From a virus (taxonomy: Duplodnaviria; Heunggongvirae; Uroviricota; Caudoviricetes): a DNA stretch of 64,000 nucleotides. The stretch's first letter is position 1, and each line of letters opens with the position of its first letter. The translations under genes and the position numbers were made by a program. The stretch lies in IMG/VR virus record IMGVR_UViG_2902146782_000003. One strand, given 5' to 3'. This document shows positions 40,004 through 50,518 of the stretch, piece after piece. Under the pieces are notes generated by a model, which worked only from the letters and a program-made list of their open reading frames with translations, had not been told where the DNA came from and searched no databases.

Positions 40004-40438
40004 ATGACTAAAACAACAAAAACTATCGTTACTGCAATCGTAGTAACAACAACATTATTCTCAAGCTGTACTCCGGTATCAGCAAGAGAAATCACTTCCG
40101 TTAATCGTACAGAAACCGGAACTCTTTATGGTTTCAGTGACGGAACCGGATATTATACAGAGGATATTGAGGGAATCAGCACCCTTGATAATCTTTACCC
40201 TCTTACCGGAATTGTTACAGAAATCGAATACGATGTAGAACCGGAAGTGGATCTTGTAACAATCACCTGCTCCAACGGAAATATGTTCTCATGGTATGCA
40301 GATGCCGGAGATTATGAAATCAATGACCTTGCGTCCTGTATCATGGATTCCAAGGGAACTAAATATGTAACTGATGACGAAGTGTTGCTGGCCCATTATG
40401 CAGGTGGATTAAAACACTTCGAACAGTATGCAAATTAA
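40004..40438 (+). CDS. Secreted/lipoprotein-like hypothetical protein
   Basis: N-terminal hydrophobic segment ending TTLFSSC. Confidence 0.55.
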   Translation: MTKTTKTIVTAIVVTTTLFSSCTPVSAREITSVNRTETGTLYGFSDGTGYYTEDIEGISTLDNLYPLTGIVTEIEYDVEPEVDLVTITCSNGNMFSWYADAGDYEINDLASCIMDSKGTKYVTDDEVLLAHYAGGLKHFEQYAN

Positions 40439-40463
40439 ATTGAACACATAAAGGAGAAAATAA

Positions 40464-40754
40464 ATGACAAGAACAGAATATAATCAGCGTGTGATTACAC
40501 GCAAAAAACGATCAATCCTTATTAAAGGCAGCTTAGGAATAGCTGCTTTTTTAATGTTCGCAAGTATTGTCGGACATATTGATTCTGACGTATATGCCGG
40601 AATCCATTCCGTCAAAGGAACTGTTTCCGCATCAGGAAACTACATCCTTGATGAGAATGGAAAAGCATATGATGTATCCGGATTCCAGAGCGGATCCGAA
40701 GTAACAGTAAAACTTGATAAACAGGGAAATATCCTGTCTGTTGTAAGCAAATAG
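40464..40754 (+). CDS. Single-pass membrane hypothetical protein
   Basis: Basic N-terminus plus TM segment SLGIAAFLMFASIV. Confidence 0.55.
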   Translation: MTRTEYNQRVITRKKRSILIKGSLGIAAFLMFASIVGHIDSDVYAGIHSVKGTVSASGNYILDENGKAYDVSGFQSGSEVTVKLDKQGNILSVVSK

Positions 40755-40769
40755 AAACGAGGTGATTGC

Positions 40770-41228
40770 ATGATATATTCAATGGAAACTTATCTTGACG
40801 ATGATAAACTTCCGGTTATTGAGAAAACAAAAATATGCGAAGAAAAAGTAACACTCAATAATCCGGAACTAATATTTAATTTCTTAAATAAATATCTTCG
40901 GCTAGGAAACCGGACTGAGGAATATGTGTACCTAATATGTTTTGACACAAAATCACACCCATTAGGCTTATTTGAAATTAGCCATGGGACTGTGAATTCG
41001 GCAGTATTATCCCCAAGGGAAATATATATGAAAGCTCTATTATGTGGTGCTACCAATATAGTTATGGTCCATAACCATCCTAGTGGTGATGTTTCCCCGT
41101 CTCAAGTAGACATAAACGCTATGGAAAGAATTAAATCCGTAGGAGAATTGTTATCACTTCCCTTAATGGATTTTATTATATGCGGAGATATCAGCTACTT
41201 TTCCGCTAAAAAGCAATCAATTCTTTAG
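40770..41228 (+). CDS. radC: RadC-like JAB domain protein
   Basis: EEYVYLICFD, GTVNSA, HNHPSGDVSPSQVD motif. Confidence 0.9.
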   Translation: MIYSMETYLDDDKLPVIEKTKICEEKVTLNNPELIFNFLNKYLRLGNRTEEYVYLICFDTKSHPLGLFEISHGTVNSAVLSPREIYMKALLCGATNIVMVHNHPSGDVSPSQVDINAMERIKSVGELLSLPLMDFIICGDISYFSAKKQSIL

Positions 41229-41235
41229 AAATGAG

Positions 41236-41451
41236 GTGAATCATATGGAACGCAACTATAAACTCCGGATCTATTACAAGTCCGGCTTCCAGAAGGGAAA
41301 CTTAAAAAGAGAAGAGTTCTTTTCAACCAAAGAATCCATGCAGCAGAGATACAGAGAACTCTTCAAACCAAAAGAATATGCTTTGAATCCCACGGCCTGG
41401 GAAAGAATAAATGGAGAATGGCTGAGAATGTTTATTACATCGGCCGCATAA
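41236..41451 (+). CDS. Hypothetical protein
   Basis: ~70 aa, GAGGTG RBS. Confidence 0.55.
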   Translation: MNHMERNYKLRIYYKSGFQKGNLKREEFFSTKESMQQRYRELFKPKEYALNPTAWERINGEWLRMFITSAA

Positions 41452-41465
41452 GAAGGGAGAAAAAT

Positions 41466-41711
41466 ATGAGTTCTAAATATTGCACACAGATTACAACAGG
41501 ACAATTTATGAAGGCAGCCATGGTCGGTAAACCTGCAAAAGCAGAAGAAATTGCCGACTGGAAAAAGGAATTAAATGAAATCATGATAGATTTCTGTATT
41601 CCCAAAAAGGTCAGAAATGATATTATTTCCAAAACAGAAAAAGAGAACCCAAACGATAGCACGTCAATGCTTTACAATAAAGCATGGCGTAAGTTTATGT
41701 CAACAATGTAA
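41466..41711 (+). CDS. Hypothetical protein
   Basis: Start MSSKYC after GGGAG. Confidence 0.55.
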   Translation: MSSKYCTQITTGQFMKAAMVGKPAKAEEIADWKKELNEIMIDFCIPKKVRNDIISKTEKENPNDSTSMLYNKAWRKFMSTM

Positions 41712-41764
41712 CATTAAAATATAATATAAAAATTAAATTAAACAAAAGAAAGAGGTAGATTAAA

Positions 41765-42796
41765 ATGATGAACTACAAAGCAATCGAAAAATTACTTACA
41801 GGAGAAACAGAGAAAGAAAGCAAAGTAATCAGACCGGAAGTATTCAAAGATCAGACAGCATACAACACGGTGATGAATAACTGCCAGAGAATCGGAGGCA
41901 AAAGATTCTGCTGTATTCCATTGGAGCTTCTGGAAATTGATGAAGATTACCAAAGAGTATATTGTATTAACATGGAGAAAGTATACTCTCTGGTACGCAA
42001 ATGGGACTTCAATAAATGCGAACCAATTCTGGTATCTCCACATCCAGAAACAGCAACATTCGCAGTAATTGATGGATCTCATAGAATGCTGGCAGCAGGC
42101 ATTCGGGAAGAGAAATATGTTATTGCGGTACTTACAGAAGGATTACCTGTGGATCCTATGGAAAGGAAAATGAAAGAAGCCGCATTATTTTCCGAACAGG
42201 GAGATGATGTTGATAAATTATCGCTTGCTCAGAAACACAGAGCAAATGTCACTATGGGTGTCAAAAAATATTGCGTTCTTGACAATTGCCTTAAAGGAAG
42301 AAAATTACTTTTAAGTGTGCATGAACTGAAGAATCTTCCAAAAGAGAAACGAGATGCATTAAAAGCAGCTGATTACAAAGTCCTCACAGGATATGCAGCA
42401 GCAAGAGATGCAGCAGCTCTTACTAATGGTGAAGAGACTCTCAATAATATCTTCGATATTATCGAAAAAGCTGGATGGCATACAGAGCCAAATGGATATG
42501 CAGCAAATGTTATTCGCCCAGTAAAAAGTGTTTTGAACATGCATGATAATGATCCACGAGTTGTTAATGCAATTATTGGAATATTTGAGCCAATCAAACC
42601 GAACACATTTTTCGCTGATGCACTTTCGAAATATCATGGCAGAAGACCAGCGGAATACCTCACAATGCATCTGGAAAAAGAAGTTGCTAAGAAATTAGGG
42701 ATTCAACCTTTATATACCGGCGGTGATTTAAGAAAAGTTACTTCTGTAATCAATAGTCAGCGCTATTACGGAGCGACCGGTACCGAAAACAAATAA
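41765..42796 (+). CDS. ParB/Srx-like N-terminal domain protein
   Basis: LEIDEDYQR..EPILVS..FAVIDGSHR motif. Confidence 0.7.
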   Translation: MMNYKAIEKLLTGETEKESKVIRPEVFKDQTAYNTVMNNCQRIGGKRFCCIPLELLEIDEDYQRVYCINMEKVYSLVRKWDFNKCEPILVSPHPETATFAVIDGSHRMLAAGIREEKYVIAVLTEGLPVDPMERKMKEAALFSEQGDDVDKLSLAQKHRANVTMGVKKYCVLDNCLKGRKLLLSVHELKNLPKEKRDALKAADYKVLTGYAAARDAAALTNGEETLNNIFDIIEKAGWHTEPNGYAANVIRPVKSVLNMHDNDPRVVNAIIGIFEPIKPNTFFADALSKYHGRRPAEYLTMHLEKEVAKKLGIQPLYTGGDLRKVTSVINSQRYYGATGTENK

Positions 42797-42825
42797 AACA
42801 AATTAAATTATACAGAATATAGCAC

Positions 42826-42879
42826 TTGCATTTTAGTACCGTAAGTGCTATACTCTGCTCAAAGACAAACGAACGTTCG
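42826..42879 (+). promoter_or_regulatory. Sigma-A promoter followed by a LexA (Cheo)-like box
   Basis: TTGCAT-17-TATACT with extended TG; AAAC-GAAC-GTTC at 42867-42878. Confidence 0.6.
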
Positions 42880-42985
42880 ATATCATAATTCAGCTTCGGC
42901 ATATGCGGCGTGAAATTTAGAGCCGCTCTCCTTCTAAATCGTAGCTGAATTATGCTATTGAGCATAAGAATAGGAGAGAAAGCAA

Positions 42986-43360
42986 ATGAATAAAGCAGAA
43001 GCAAAAGCAACAACAATTACAATTCCAATGAAGGGAAGATATTTTCTTCATAAGAATGGAAGTATCGTCCCAGTAACCGACCTGATTAATGCAATTTATC
43101 TCATGACCGGAGATGAGAAAATTAACGAATGGGATCCGGATCTTGAGTTCTATATTCGTACATTTTTTGGGAATATCGTAAGAGAAATGTCCCCAACAGA
43201 AATAACAGTCAAGAACTTTCTGAAGCATGAGGAGAAAGTAAAGGCAATTAAATTATACTATCACATGCACAATACGGAATCTAATAAATGCACACTGGTA
43301 GAAGCCAGAGATTATGTGGAACAGTTGAAAACAAAAATGAAAGAGAGAGGTGAACTGTAA
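42986..43360 (+). CDS. Hypothetical protein
   Basis: 124 aa, AGGAG RBS. Confidence 0.6.
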   Translation: MNKAEAKATTITIPMKGRYFLHKNGSIVPVTDLINAIYLMTGDEKINEWDPDLEFYIRTFFGNIVREMSPTEITVKNFLKHEEKVKAIKLYYHMHNTESNKCTLVEARDYVEQLKTKMKERGEL

Positions 43361-43608
43361 TGGAAAAAATTAAAAATGCAGTAAAAACAAAAGAATATGC
43401 AAAGTTTCATATAGAAACAATCGTAGCGCATAACGGTATCCTAGTTGATATCGTCGTGTCTGAGTCCTATGAAGAAACCGAATTTGACAAAATCATGGCC
43501 GACTGCAAACGCCAGGAAGAAGAAAGAGAGCGTGAACGACGTAGAACCGAAAAAATTAAATTAATCAACCTGTTCACAGGAAGAAGAGAAAAGAGGGAGA
43601 TCGCATGA
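43360..43608 (+). CDS. Hypothetical protein
   Basis: 82 aa, coupled start/stop. Confidence 0.55.
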   Translation: MEKIKNAVKTKEYAKFHIETIVAHNGILVDIVVSESYEETEFDKIMADCKRQEEERERERRRTEKIKLINLFTGRREKREIA

Positions 43609-44003
43609 GTATGATAACAAGTAATAAAATGCCGGAGCTGGCAGCTACAGATATTGTAAAGTTAAGAAATGGAAAAATTGGGATTGTGTTAGGAAATAAG
43701 AATTCTAATAACCATCTTGCCATTTATACTAACAATACTACATGTGTATCTTGTGAAGAATATTTAAGTAATTATGAGTCAAACAGACATAATAATGATC
43801 GCAACATTGACATTATCAAAGTATGGAAATCAAATTTTGAAAGGCAATGTGCTTTAATTGATGAATTCTATACAAAAAACAATGCCCCAACATACATGGA
43901 TCCTGATTGGGAAGAACCAACTACAATGACTGTAAAAGAAATTGAAAAAATTATCGGTCATCCGTTCACGGTCATTGAGGAAGAGGTGGGTGAAGATGAA
44001 TGA
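43605..44003 (+). CDS. Hypothetical protein
   Basis: 132 aa, coupled start/stop. Confidence 0.6.
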   Translation: MSMITSNKMPELAATDIVKLRNGKIGIVLGNKNSNNHLAIYTNNTTCVSCEEYLSNYESNRHNNDRNIDIIKVWKSNFERQCALIDEFYTKNNAPTYMDPDWEEPTTMTVKEIEKIIGHPFTVIEEEVGEDE

Positions 44004-44631
44004 AACACTGTCATTCGCAGGATGGAGACCAGGCAATCCGGATCAAATCATCCCGTGGAAAGAGAAATTCGATGAAGAATATAGCGACGGAGGCCAGTTA
44101 ACATTACTGTCAAAAGAAATCTATCAGGCAGAAGCAGATGAAGATATGCCGGCTTTCGAATATCGCTATATTATTAAAGCAATGGATCTGCAGGCGTTTG
44201 GATCAGATCAGAAGACAATTTGTTTCCGCTTATATATGTGTCCATTACATAAATACTGGGAATCAGAATCATTAAAAGGTCTTTCAGAAGATAATAATAA
44301 AGACTGGTTCTTCGAAGATGCAGCAGATTCAGGTATTCTTCCGTATATAGGAGAAGAATATTTAGATTATTCAGATGATGATGTTTCGCCGGATGAGAAC
44401 GGTAATAAATGGTATGATTACTTTTATCATATTACAGACTGGTCTAAAGCTAACGAAATGCTAAACATAATTACAACAGTTCTGTATCCGATGGACAGTA
44501 CACGCGGTCACGGTCTTGACCAGGCATGGAACCAATTGGGAAACACTGGCTGGGATTTACTTGAATACATTCTGAATGGAAAAAATTGTGTTGACGCGGC
44601 ATTATCAAGAATGCATAACTGCAATAATTAA
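43996..44631 (+). CDS. Acidic hypothetical protein
   Basis: Start MNETLS after GAGGTG. Confidence 0.6.
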   Translation: MNETLSFAGWRPGNPDQIIPWKEKFDEEYSDGGQLTLLSKEIYQAEADEDMPAFEYRYIIKAMDLQAFGSDQKTICFRLYMCPLHKYWESESLKGLSEDNNKDWFFEDAADSGILPYIGEEYLDYSDDDVSPDENGNKWYDYFYHITDWSKANEMLNIITTVLYPMDSTRGHGLDQAWNQLGNTGWDLLEYILNGKNCVDAALSRMHNCNN

Positions 44632-44705
44632 CTTTACAATACGAGAGAAGAATGATATATTGATTATAACAAGTTAAATTAACTATATACAAGGAGAAAA
44701 ATATA

Positions 44706-44894
44706 ATGAAGACAAAAGCAGTCCGCAGCCAGAGAATCGCATGGCTGTTGAGGAAAGAGGGATTTAAAATTCTTGGCATCACGCCAAATAGAAGACGTCC
44801 AAATCTGGATGTTTATATATTTGAAGCAACACCGGAGTTATGCACAGCTCTTGATACACACATCCAGAATAAAGACAACAAAAGAGATAACTAA
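44706..44894 (+). CDS. Small hypothetical protein
   Basis: 62 aa, AAGGAG RBS. Confidence 0.55.
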   Translation: MKTKAVRSQRIAWLLRKEGFKILGITPNRRRPNLDVYIFEATPELCTALDTHIQNKDNKRDN

Positions 44895-44918
44895 TGAAAG
44901 CAAATCGGAGGAAAAATC

Positions 44919-45803
44919 ATGAGCGAAAAAGAATTTGACCGAGGGAAATGCTTTACCTTCTTTGCTTCGTATAGGAAACAGGGCGAAAGAATAAAAGAAA
45001 TTCTTGGGCCGGAGAAAGCTCTGGAATATTATGAGGCGGTCATAGATTATGGCTTGTATGCTAAACCTATAGATAAAGAACTTCTATTATATATAGGAGA
45101 TACCTTACTTGAGACGATCGACTCGTCCCAAGAGAAGCGGTCACGAGCATTTGGTGAGAACATGACCGTCACTTTATCCATCTTGGAATTGAAGCGTGAT
45201 CATCCAGAATATTCTCAGAATCAGATTGCGCAAGAGCTGAAGACGAGCAAAGGCAAAGTCAATAAAGTGCTTACAAAATACAGAGATGGCGGGTATGCAG
45301 ATTTTGTTGACTTTAACTTGCTCATAAATGAAATTGAATATGATCCTACGGGGCAGGTGATATGGCCATCTGGTTCCGGTACTGGTACTAATTATAATAC
45401 TAATAATAATTATAATAATAATAATAATAGTACCGACCGGTACCGTGACCACCAGCGTGACCGCTTGGATGGTCTGGTAGCCGGATCGCTCGTAGAGGTC
45501 GCTGGCGCTCCAGATGTCGTCGCTTCCGCTCCTAACTCCGCTGACGCTGCGCGCTTACGCTTGCCGGATGATCTGCCGGAAGATATTCGCAATATAAAAT
45601 TCGAAGCGAGAATAGATGATAAATCTATGTTAGAGGTTATGGATCGTGATTATCGTGAGTATTTAGATGATAGTTGGGAGACTCACGAGGATATTAGAGA
45701 TAAGCTTATTGAGAAGTTTACTACCGGATTCTATTGTGGTGATAAGGATAAGGTAACTGCTTATGCAGAGTTTTTAATGGAACATTATACAAAGCGAAAT
45801 TAA
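44919..45803 (+). CDS. Putative replication initiator / replisome organizer with HTH
   Basis: N-terminus FTFFASY..YYEAVIDYGL (DUF6291-like), HTH YSQNQIAQELKTSKGKVNKVL, low-complexity Asn linker. Confidence 0.55.
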   Translation: MSEKEFDRGKCFTFFASYRKQGERIKEILGPEKALEYYEAVIDYGLYAKPIDKELLLYIGDTLLETIDSSQEKRSRAFGENMTVTLSILELKRDHPEYSQNQIAQELKTSKGKVNKVLTKYRDGGYADFVDFNLLINEIEYDPTGQVIWPSGSGTGTNYNTNNNYNNNNNSTDRYRDHQRDRLDGLVAGSLVEVAGAPDVVASAPNSADAARLRLPDDLPEDIRNIKFEARIDDKSMLEVMDRDYREYLDDSWETHEDIRDKLIEKFTTGFYCGDKDKVTAYAEFLMEHYTKRN

Positions 45804-45819
45804 ATGGAGGTAAATAAAT

Positions 45820-46020
45820 ATGAAAACATGGAAAGTAGCAGTAACCTGGGAAATGTGCGGGTACATTGATATCGAAGCTGACAATATGGAAGAGGCAATG
45901 AAAAAGTTTGAGAATGAATCGGATTATATCAAACTTCCTAAAGATGGTATTTATGTTGATGGCAGCTTTCAGTTAACATCGGATGATGTAGAGGAAATGG
46001 AAGCTATGTCTGAATGGTAG
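45820..46020 (+). CDS. Small acidic hypothetical protein
   Basis: 66 aa, GGAGG RBS. Confidence 0.6.
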   Translation: MKTWKVAVTWEMCGYIDIEADNMEEAMKKFENESDYIKLPKDGIYVDGSFQLTSDDVEEMEAMSEW

Positions 46021-46030
46021 GAGGAGATTT

Positions 46031-46840
46031 ATGAAAGTATATTTAGTATGTGTATTGGATGATAAGCATTATAGAGATCCAGATTTTTACTTCTTCAAAA
46101 CTGCATTTGAAGCTCATAAATGGATCATAGATAGTTTAGTCAGTATCACAGAGGAAAGCATGGAAGAAGTAACAAGTAACCTTGATTATAGAAACGTAGA
46201 CGGATCTGATGATCAGATCATGCGAATTGATTATTCATACGGAGATGGAGAATTTTATGTTAATACTATTCATGAAATTGAAATAAAAGATGGAGATTAC
46301 CTTTGCATCTATCATCATGCTTACGATGGTGTTGGATTCTATGTAGAGAAGATTGGCACTTTGGAAGAATGTAAAAATCATATGTTAGATTCTACAGCTA
46401 AAATGGCTAATGATTATGACATTGATATAACTAATGATGATATATTCGAAGTTAATTCATTTGATTCATGTATTGATGATGATTATCAGTGGCATATGAA
46501 CAATATTATTCAATTCAAGGTAGATAAACTTGAAAATAAAGAAGCTGAATCAGAGGAATCAAATAATAATGCTCATAAGTATAGTGATGAAGTTTATAAA
46601 GAATTAAAGAGTATGTATGAGCCACTTCCGATGTATAGTTGCAGCCTCAGCCATGTTGAGACTTCGTTAGAAGAAGTAATCAAAGATATTGACGCCAGCC
46701 CTAAACACGAAATATTTAAAAATTTATGTAACTGTCATGGAATTGCACCTAGTACGGTAGAGTATCTGTACGAATCTATTTGGGGAAAGCCAAAAGACAA
46801 AACGGTTGGATATTTTTTAGAGAAAAAGTCTATTAACTAA
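46031..46840 (+). CDS. Acidic hypothetical protein
   Basis: 269 aa, GGAGG RBS. Confidence 0.65.
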   Translation: MKVYLVCVLDDKHYRDPDFYFFKTAFEAHKWIIDSLVSITEESMEEVTSNLDYRNVDGSDDQIMRIDYSYGDGEFYVNTIHEIEIKDGDYLCIYHHAYDGVGFYVEKIGTLEECKNHMLDSTAKMANDYDIDITNDDIFEVNSFDSCIDDDYQWHMNNIIQFKVDKLENKEAESEESNNNAHKYSDEVYKELKSMYEPLPMYSCSLSHVETSLEEVIKDIDASPKHEIFKNLCNCHGIAPSTVEYLYESIWGKPKDKTVGYFLEKKSIN

Positions 46841-46878
46841 AGAAAATAAGTTTTCATTAATAAGGAGAGAAACATACT

Positions 46879-47175
46879 ATGGGATCAACGGTACCTATGT
46901 CCGTTTGGGACAATGTAAAGAAATATTTCAAAGAACGTTTACATGACAGATATGATCTGCAGGATATAATCAGCTATAGTCATCCAGGCGATTCATACCT
47001 GTATATGGTTATTGCAAAAGAAAAAGATTATCCGGAAACTAATGTCCAGTTAGGATGTGGACCATGGGTTGTGTGGACTACTTGGAACGAATCCACACAG
47101 TCACTGGATGGTGGTCATTATGATATCAAAACATATGAAGATGCTTTGTCAATCTGTGAAGCGAGAAGAAAATAA
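46879..47175 (+). CDS. Hypothetical protein
   Basis: 98 aa, AAGGAG RBS. Confidence 0.6.
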   Translation: MGSTVPMSVWDNVKKYFKERLHDRYDLQDIISYSHPGDSYLYMVIAKEKDYPETNVQLGCGPWVVWTTWNESTQSLDGGHYDIKTYEDALSICEARRK

Positions 47176-47194
47176 AGAAAAGTGAGGAAATAAA

Positions 47195-47653
47195 ATGTCA
47201 GCATTAAATAATTATAAGGAAGTAAAACAGAAACTTGATGAAGTGAGGATGATTACGGGAGACTTGGAATTTAATACTGCCGTCACATTCTTAATGCAGA
47301 TCGGATGGAGTAATAAGAGAGATGTTATCTCCTTATGCAATAAATACAATACTGAGCCGGAAGAGAATGTAAATAAAAAGGTTGCAAATGCAGCCTTAAT
47401 GATCAGCAATATTGCACAGCCAATCGAAATCCTTACATATGTAAAGCTTGAGTGCCCACTTTGGACTGAGGGAATTGAACCGAAACGTCTCAAGAAAATC
47501 GCAGAAGATGTAATCAACGCCGGATATAAATACTGCAAGGATCCACGAGTTGATACTTTTGAAGACTGGAAAGAGCTTCTGGAACAACAGTATGGAATTA
47601 CGCATGAAGAGTTACAGAAAATTCTGTATCTGAACGAGAGAGGAGAAGTGTAA
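47195..47653 (+). CDS. Hypothetical protein
   Basis: 152 aa, GAGG RBS. Confidence 0.6.
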   Translation: MSALNNYKEVKQKLDEVRMITGDLEFNTAVTFLMQIGWSNKRDVISLCNKYNTEPEENVNKKVANAALMISNIAQPIEILTYVKLECPLWTEGIEPKRLKKIAEDVINAGYKYCKDPRVDTFEDWKELLEQQYGITHEELQKILYLNERGEV

Positions 47654-47654
47654 A

Positions 47655-48347
47655 ATGGCAGATTACAAAGAGAAAATTAAGAAACTTTTAGCATTAAGTA
47701 AGAGTCCGAATGAACATGAGGCTCAGTCAGCTCTTGCAAAGGCACAGCAGCTTATGGCAGAACATAAAATCTCTATGGCAGAAGTCGAAGATAAAGAAAA
47801 AAGAAAGGCAAATGAACATTCAGCTGGAATTACTTATTCGACTAGAAGAGATCCCTGGGTGCTGAGATTGTCTAAAGTTATTAGTAAGAATTACTGCTGT
47901 GAAAGTTTTTCTCGTAGAGAAAAAGGTAAACAAACGTATAAATTATATTTTTGTGGGTTAAATGAAGACGTTGAAATTTGTATGATTGCATTTAAATATG
48001 CAACTGATTGTATTCAATCAGAAATTAAAAAGAGAAAACAAAAAGGTAAGCTATTTAATTATACAAACGAACTGATTACATCCATGTGCAATGGATATGC
48101 TTATGGTTTCATTAAAGGACTTGATGAAGCGTTTGAAGAACAAAAAAGAGCAGCTGCACAGTCAGAGGCAAATTGGGGCTTAGTGTTATCTACGCCTCCA
48201 GAAGTAAAACAAAGAATGTCTGAGCTTGGAGCAAGGACAACTACATTTCAGTCTAAGCAAGCTGCAAAAGTATCAAAATCAGATTATGAAGCCGGTAAGA
48301 AGGACGGAAGAGATTTTGATATTACTAAAAGAGTAGCCGGTGAGTAA
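47655..48347 (+). CDS. DUF2786 domain protein
   Basis: N-terminal EKIKKLLALSKSPNEHEAQSALAKAQQLMAEH signature. Confidence 0.8.
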   Translation: MADYKEKIKKLLALSKSPNEHEAQSALAKAQQLMAEHKISMAEVEDKEKRKANEHSAGITYSTRRDPWVLRLSKVISKNYCCESFSRREKGKQTYKLYFCGLNEDVEICMIAFKYATDCIQSEIKKRKQKGKLFNYTNELITSMCNGYAYGFIKGLDEAFEEQKRAAAQSEANWGLVLSTPPEVKQRMSELGARTTTFQSKQAAKVSKSDYEAGKKDGRDFDITKRVAGE

Positions 48348-48392
48348 AGTAAATAAATAAAACAGAATAAAAATTTAATTAAACAAAAGGAG

Positions 48393-49370
48393 ATGTATAT
48401 TATGATGGACAATACAATCGAAAGAAGAACAAATAACCTTACACATGTAGAAACGATGTTTGATGCAAGAAGAACTCCATGGGACGGACTTGGCAAGAGA
48501 ATTGCCGGAGCAGTCACATCAAGAGATGCAATCAGATTAGCAGGTCTGGACTGGAATGTAGTTCCAACAGATATTGTTTCTGAGGCCACAGGATTAAAGA
48601 TTCCTGGTTATAAGGCAAATGTAAGAGATATTGATAATAAAACGTTAGGTATTGTTACTGAGCGTTACAAAATTGTGCAGAATGAAGAGGCATTTTCATT
48701 TACGGATGCACTTCTTGGAGAAGGTGTACGATATGAAACTGCAGGTGCTCTTCAGAGCGGTAAGAAAGTGTGGATGCTTGCAAGACTGGAAGGCAGAATG
48801 ATTACTGATGAAAAGATTGATCCGTTCTTGGTGTTTACGAACAGTCATGATGGAAAAGGATCAGTCAGAGTAGCTATCACACCGGTACGTGTATGGTGTC
48901 AGAATACGCTTAATCTGGCCCTTAAAGAGGCTGAAAGACAGTGGGTATGCAAACATACCGGACGCATTGATGAGAAACTTGTAGAGGCAAAATATACGCT
49001 CATGAACACTGAACATTATCTTGAAGCTTTAGAAATAGAATTCGGAAAGATGAAGATGAAAAAGCTTGATGTTGATAAGGTACATAAGTTTGTTAAGATG
49101 TTACTTCCTATCAACGAAAAAGATGGGGATCGTAAGGTAGCAAACATTCAGGAAATGCGAAACGAACTTATGATGAGATATCTTAATGCTCCGGATCTGC
49201 AGGTGCTTGAGCCATCTGCTTATAGATTTGTGAATGCTGTTTCTGACTTTTCTACACATAGAAAACCGTCCAGAGGAAGCGAATACTATCAGGAAAACAT
49301 GTTCATGAAAGTAGTAGACGGAGATGAACTTATCGATAAGGCTTACGCAATTTGTGATGCTGAGGTTTGA
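48393..49370 (+). CDS. DUF932 family protein
   Basis: PWDGLG, AGLDWNV, RYKIVQNEEAF, YETAGAL, SHDG..TPVRVWCQNTL. Confidence 0.85.
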   Translation: MYIMMDNTIERRTNNLTHVETMFDARRTPWDGLGKRIAGAVTSRDAIRLAGLDWNVVPTDIVSEATGLKIPGYKANVRDIDNKTLGIVTERYKIVQNEEAFSFTDALLGEGVRYETAGALQSGKKVWMLARLEGRMITDEKIDPFLVFTNSHDGKGSVRVAITPVRVWCQNTLNLALKEAERQWVCKHTGRIDEKLVEAKYTLMNTEHYLEALEIEFGKMKMKKLDVDKVHKFVKMLLPINEKDGDRKVANIQEMRNELMMRYLNAPDLQVLEPSAYRFVNAVSDFSTHRKPSRGSEYYQENMFMKVVDGDELIDKAYAICDAEV

Positions 49371-49400
49371 TACCTCGGTATCACGGAAGGGAGTAATGCA

Positions 49401-50159
49401 ATGGAAGCAGTAAATAAAACTAATGGAAATATTTACCGTATTCAGCAAGATACAAATGGTAAATGGTTTGGTTATTGTGATCGGACAAAAGAATACACTC
49501 CGGCGTTTGTAAAATTGAAAGGATTGATAGGGTTGTTGGAATTGAAAGGATATGAGGTGGTTGAGTGATGATTAATTTAAGATGAATTTTTAGAAGCAAT
49601 ATAATGCAAATGAAACAAGAGTTTTATGCTGAAAATTGAGGTAATCATGTTAACAGAAAAAGAAATTCAGATAGTTATGAACGCATTAAATGGTACACCG
49701 ACACTTACAACATCTAAATTTGCGGATAAAATTGAAACTATTTTAAGAAAATATAAGGAGAATAAAGATGAATAAATTTTTACATCACTTAAAGAGTAAA
49801 GGATATGAGATAAATGGAAATACAGCAATGTTATTAGGTGTAAAATTTAAAATCTGTAATGGGACGATAAAAACAGCAAGAGGATTAAAAAACTCATATT
49901 GGTTAGAATTGGCATGAAATGATGATTTTAAGATCAAGAAAGGGATTTTTTATGTTGAAAAATTGTATGATTCTAACCCAAGAAAGGAGTAAAAAATATG
50001 GCAAAGATGACAAAAGAACTCTACGAAAAACTTAGTATAGCAGGAAAAGCACTTTGTGAATATTGCGAAAACGATGAATGCTCATGCTGCCAGGTGACGC
50101 GCCTGATGGATGATGCATACATTGAGGCAGTAGAGGAGGGGATTGTAGATGATGCCTAA
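49401..50159 (+). other. Run of four tiny ORFs (49401-49568, 49647-49775, 49768-49917, 49998-50159)
   Basis: Each has an RBS and is 42-55 aa; below the ORF-track cutoff. Confidence 0.5.
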
Positions 50160-50448
50160 AAAATACGAAGTTGCTTTTGTAGTGTATGCTGATATTCCGG
50201 AAAAGGACTCCAGTATTGGAGATTTGGAATGCAATGGAACACTGAGAAGTTACAACTGCTATTCTTTAAGGGATGCAAGAATGTATTTCACAATTTCTGC
50301 TGAAACCCCGGAAGAAGCATACAAAAAAGGGCTTGAAAAAATGCAGTTCGGTGATGCTGATTTTGGAGAAGCGGTGGTGGAAGACTGGTACTTGGAGAAC
50401 GTTTCTTGCGGCGACAAATACTGGTACAAGGAAGACCTTGCACTCTGA
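50149..50448 (+). CDS. Acidic hypothetical protein
   Basis: 99 aa. Confidence 0.55.
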   Translation: MMPKKYEVAFVVYADIPEKDSSIGDLECNGTLRSYNCYSLRDARMYFTISAETPEEAYKKGLEKMQFGDADFGEAVVEDWYLENVSCGDKYWYKEDLAL

Positions 50449-50518
50449 TTGCTTTACTTGCAGATTTCAAATTGGACTGCGATACAAGAGATTTTTTGTT
50501 AAAAAGGAGGACTAAAAC

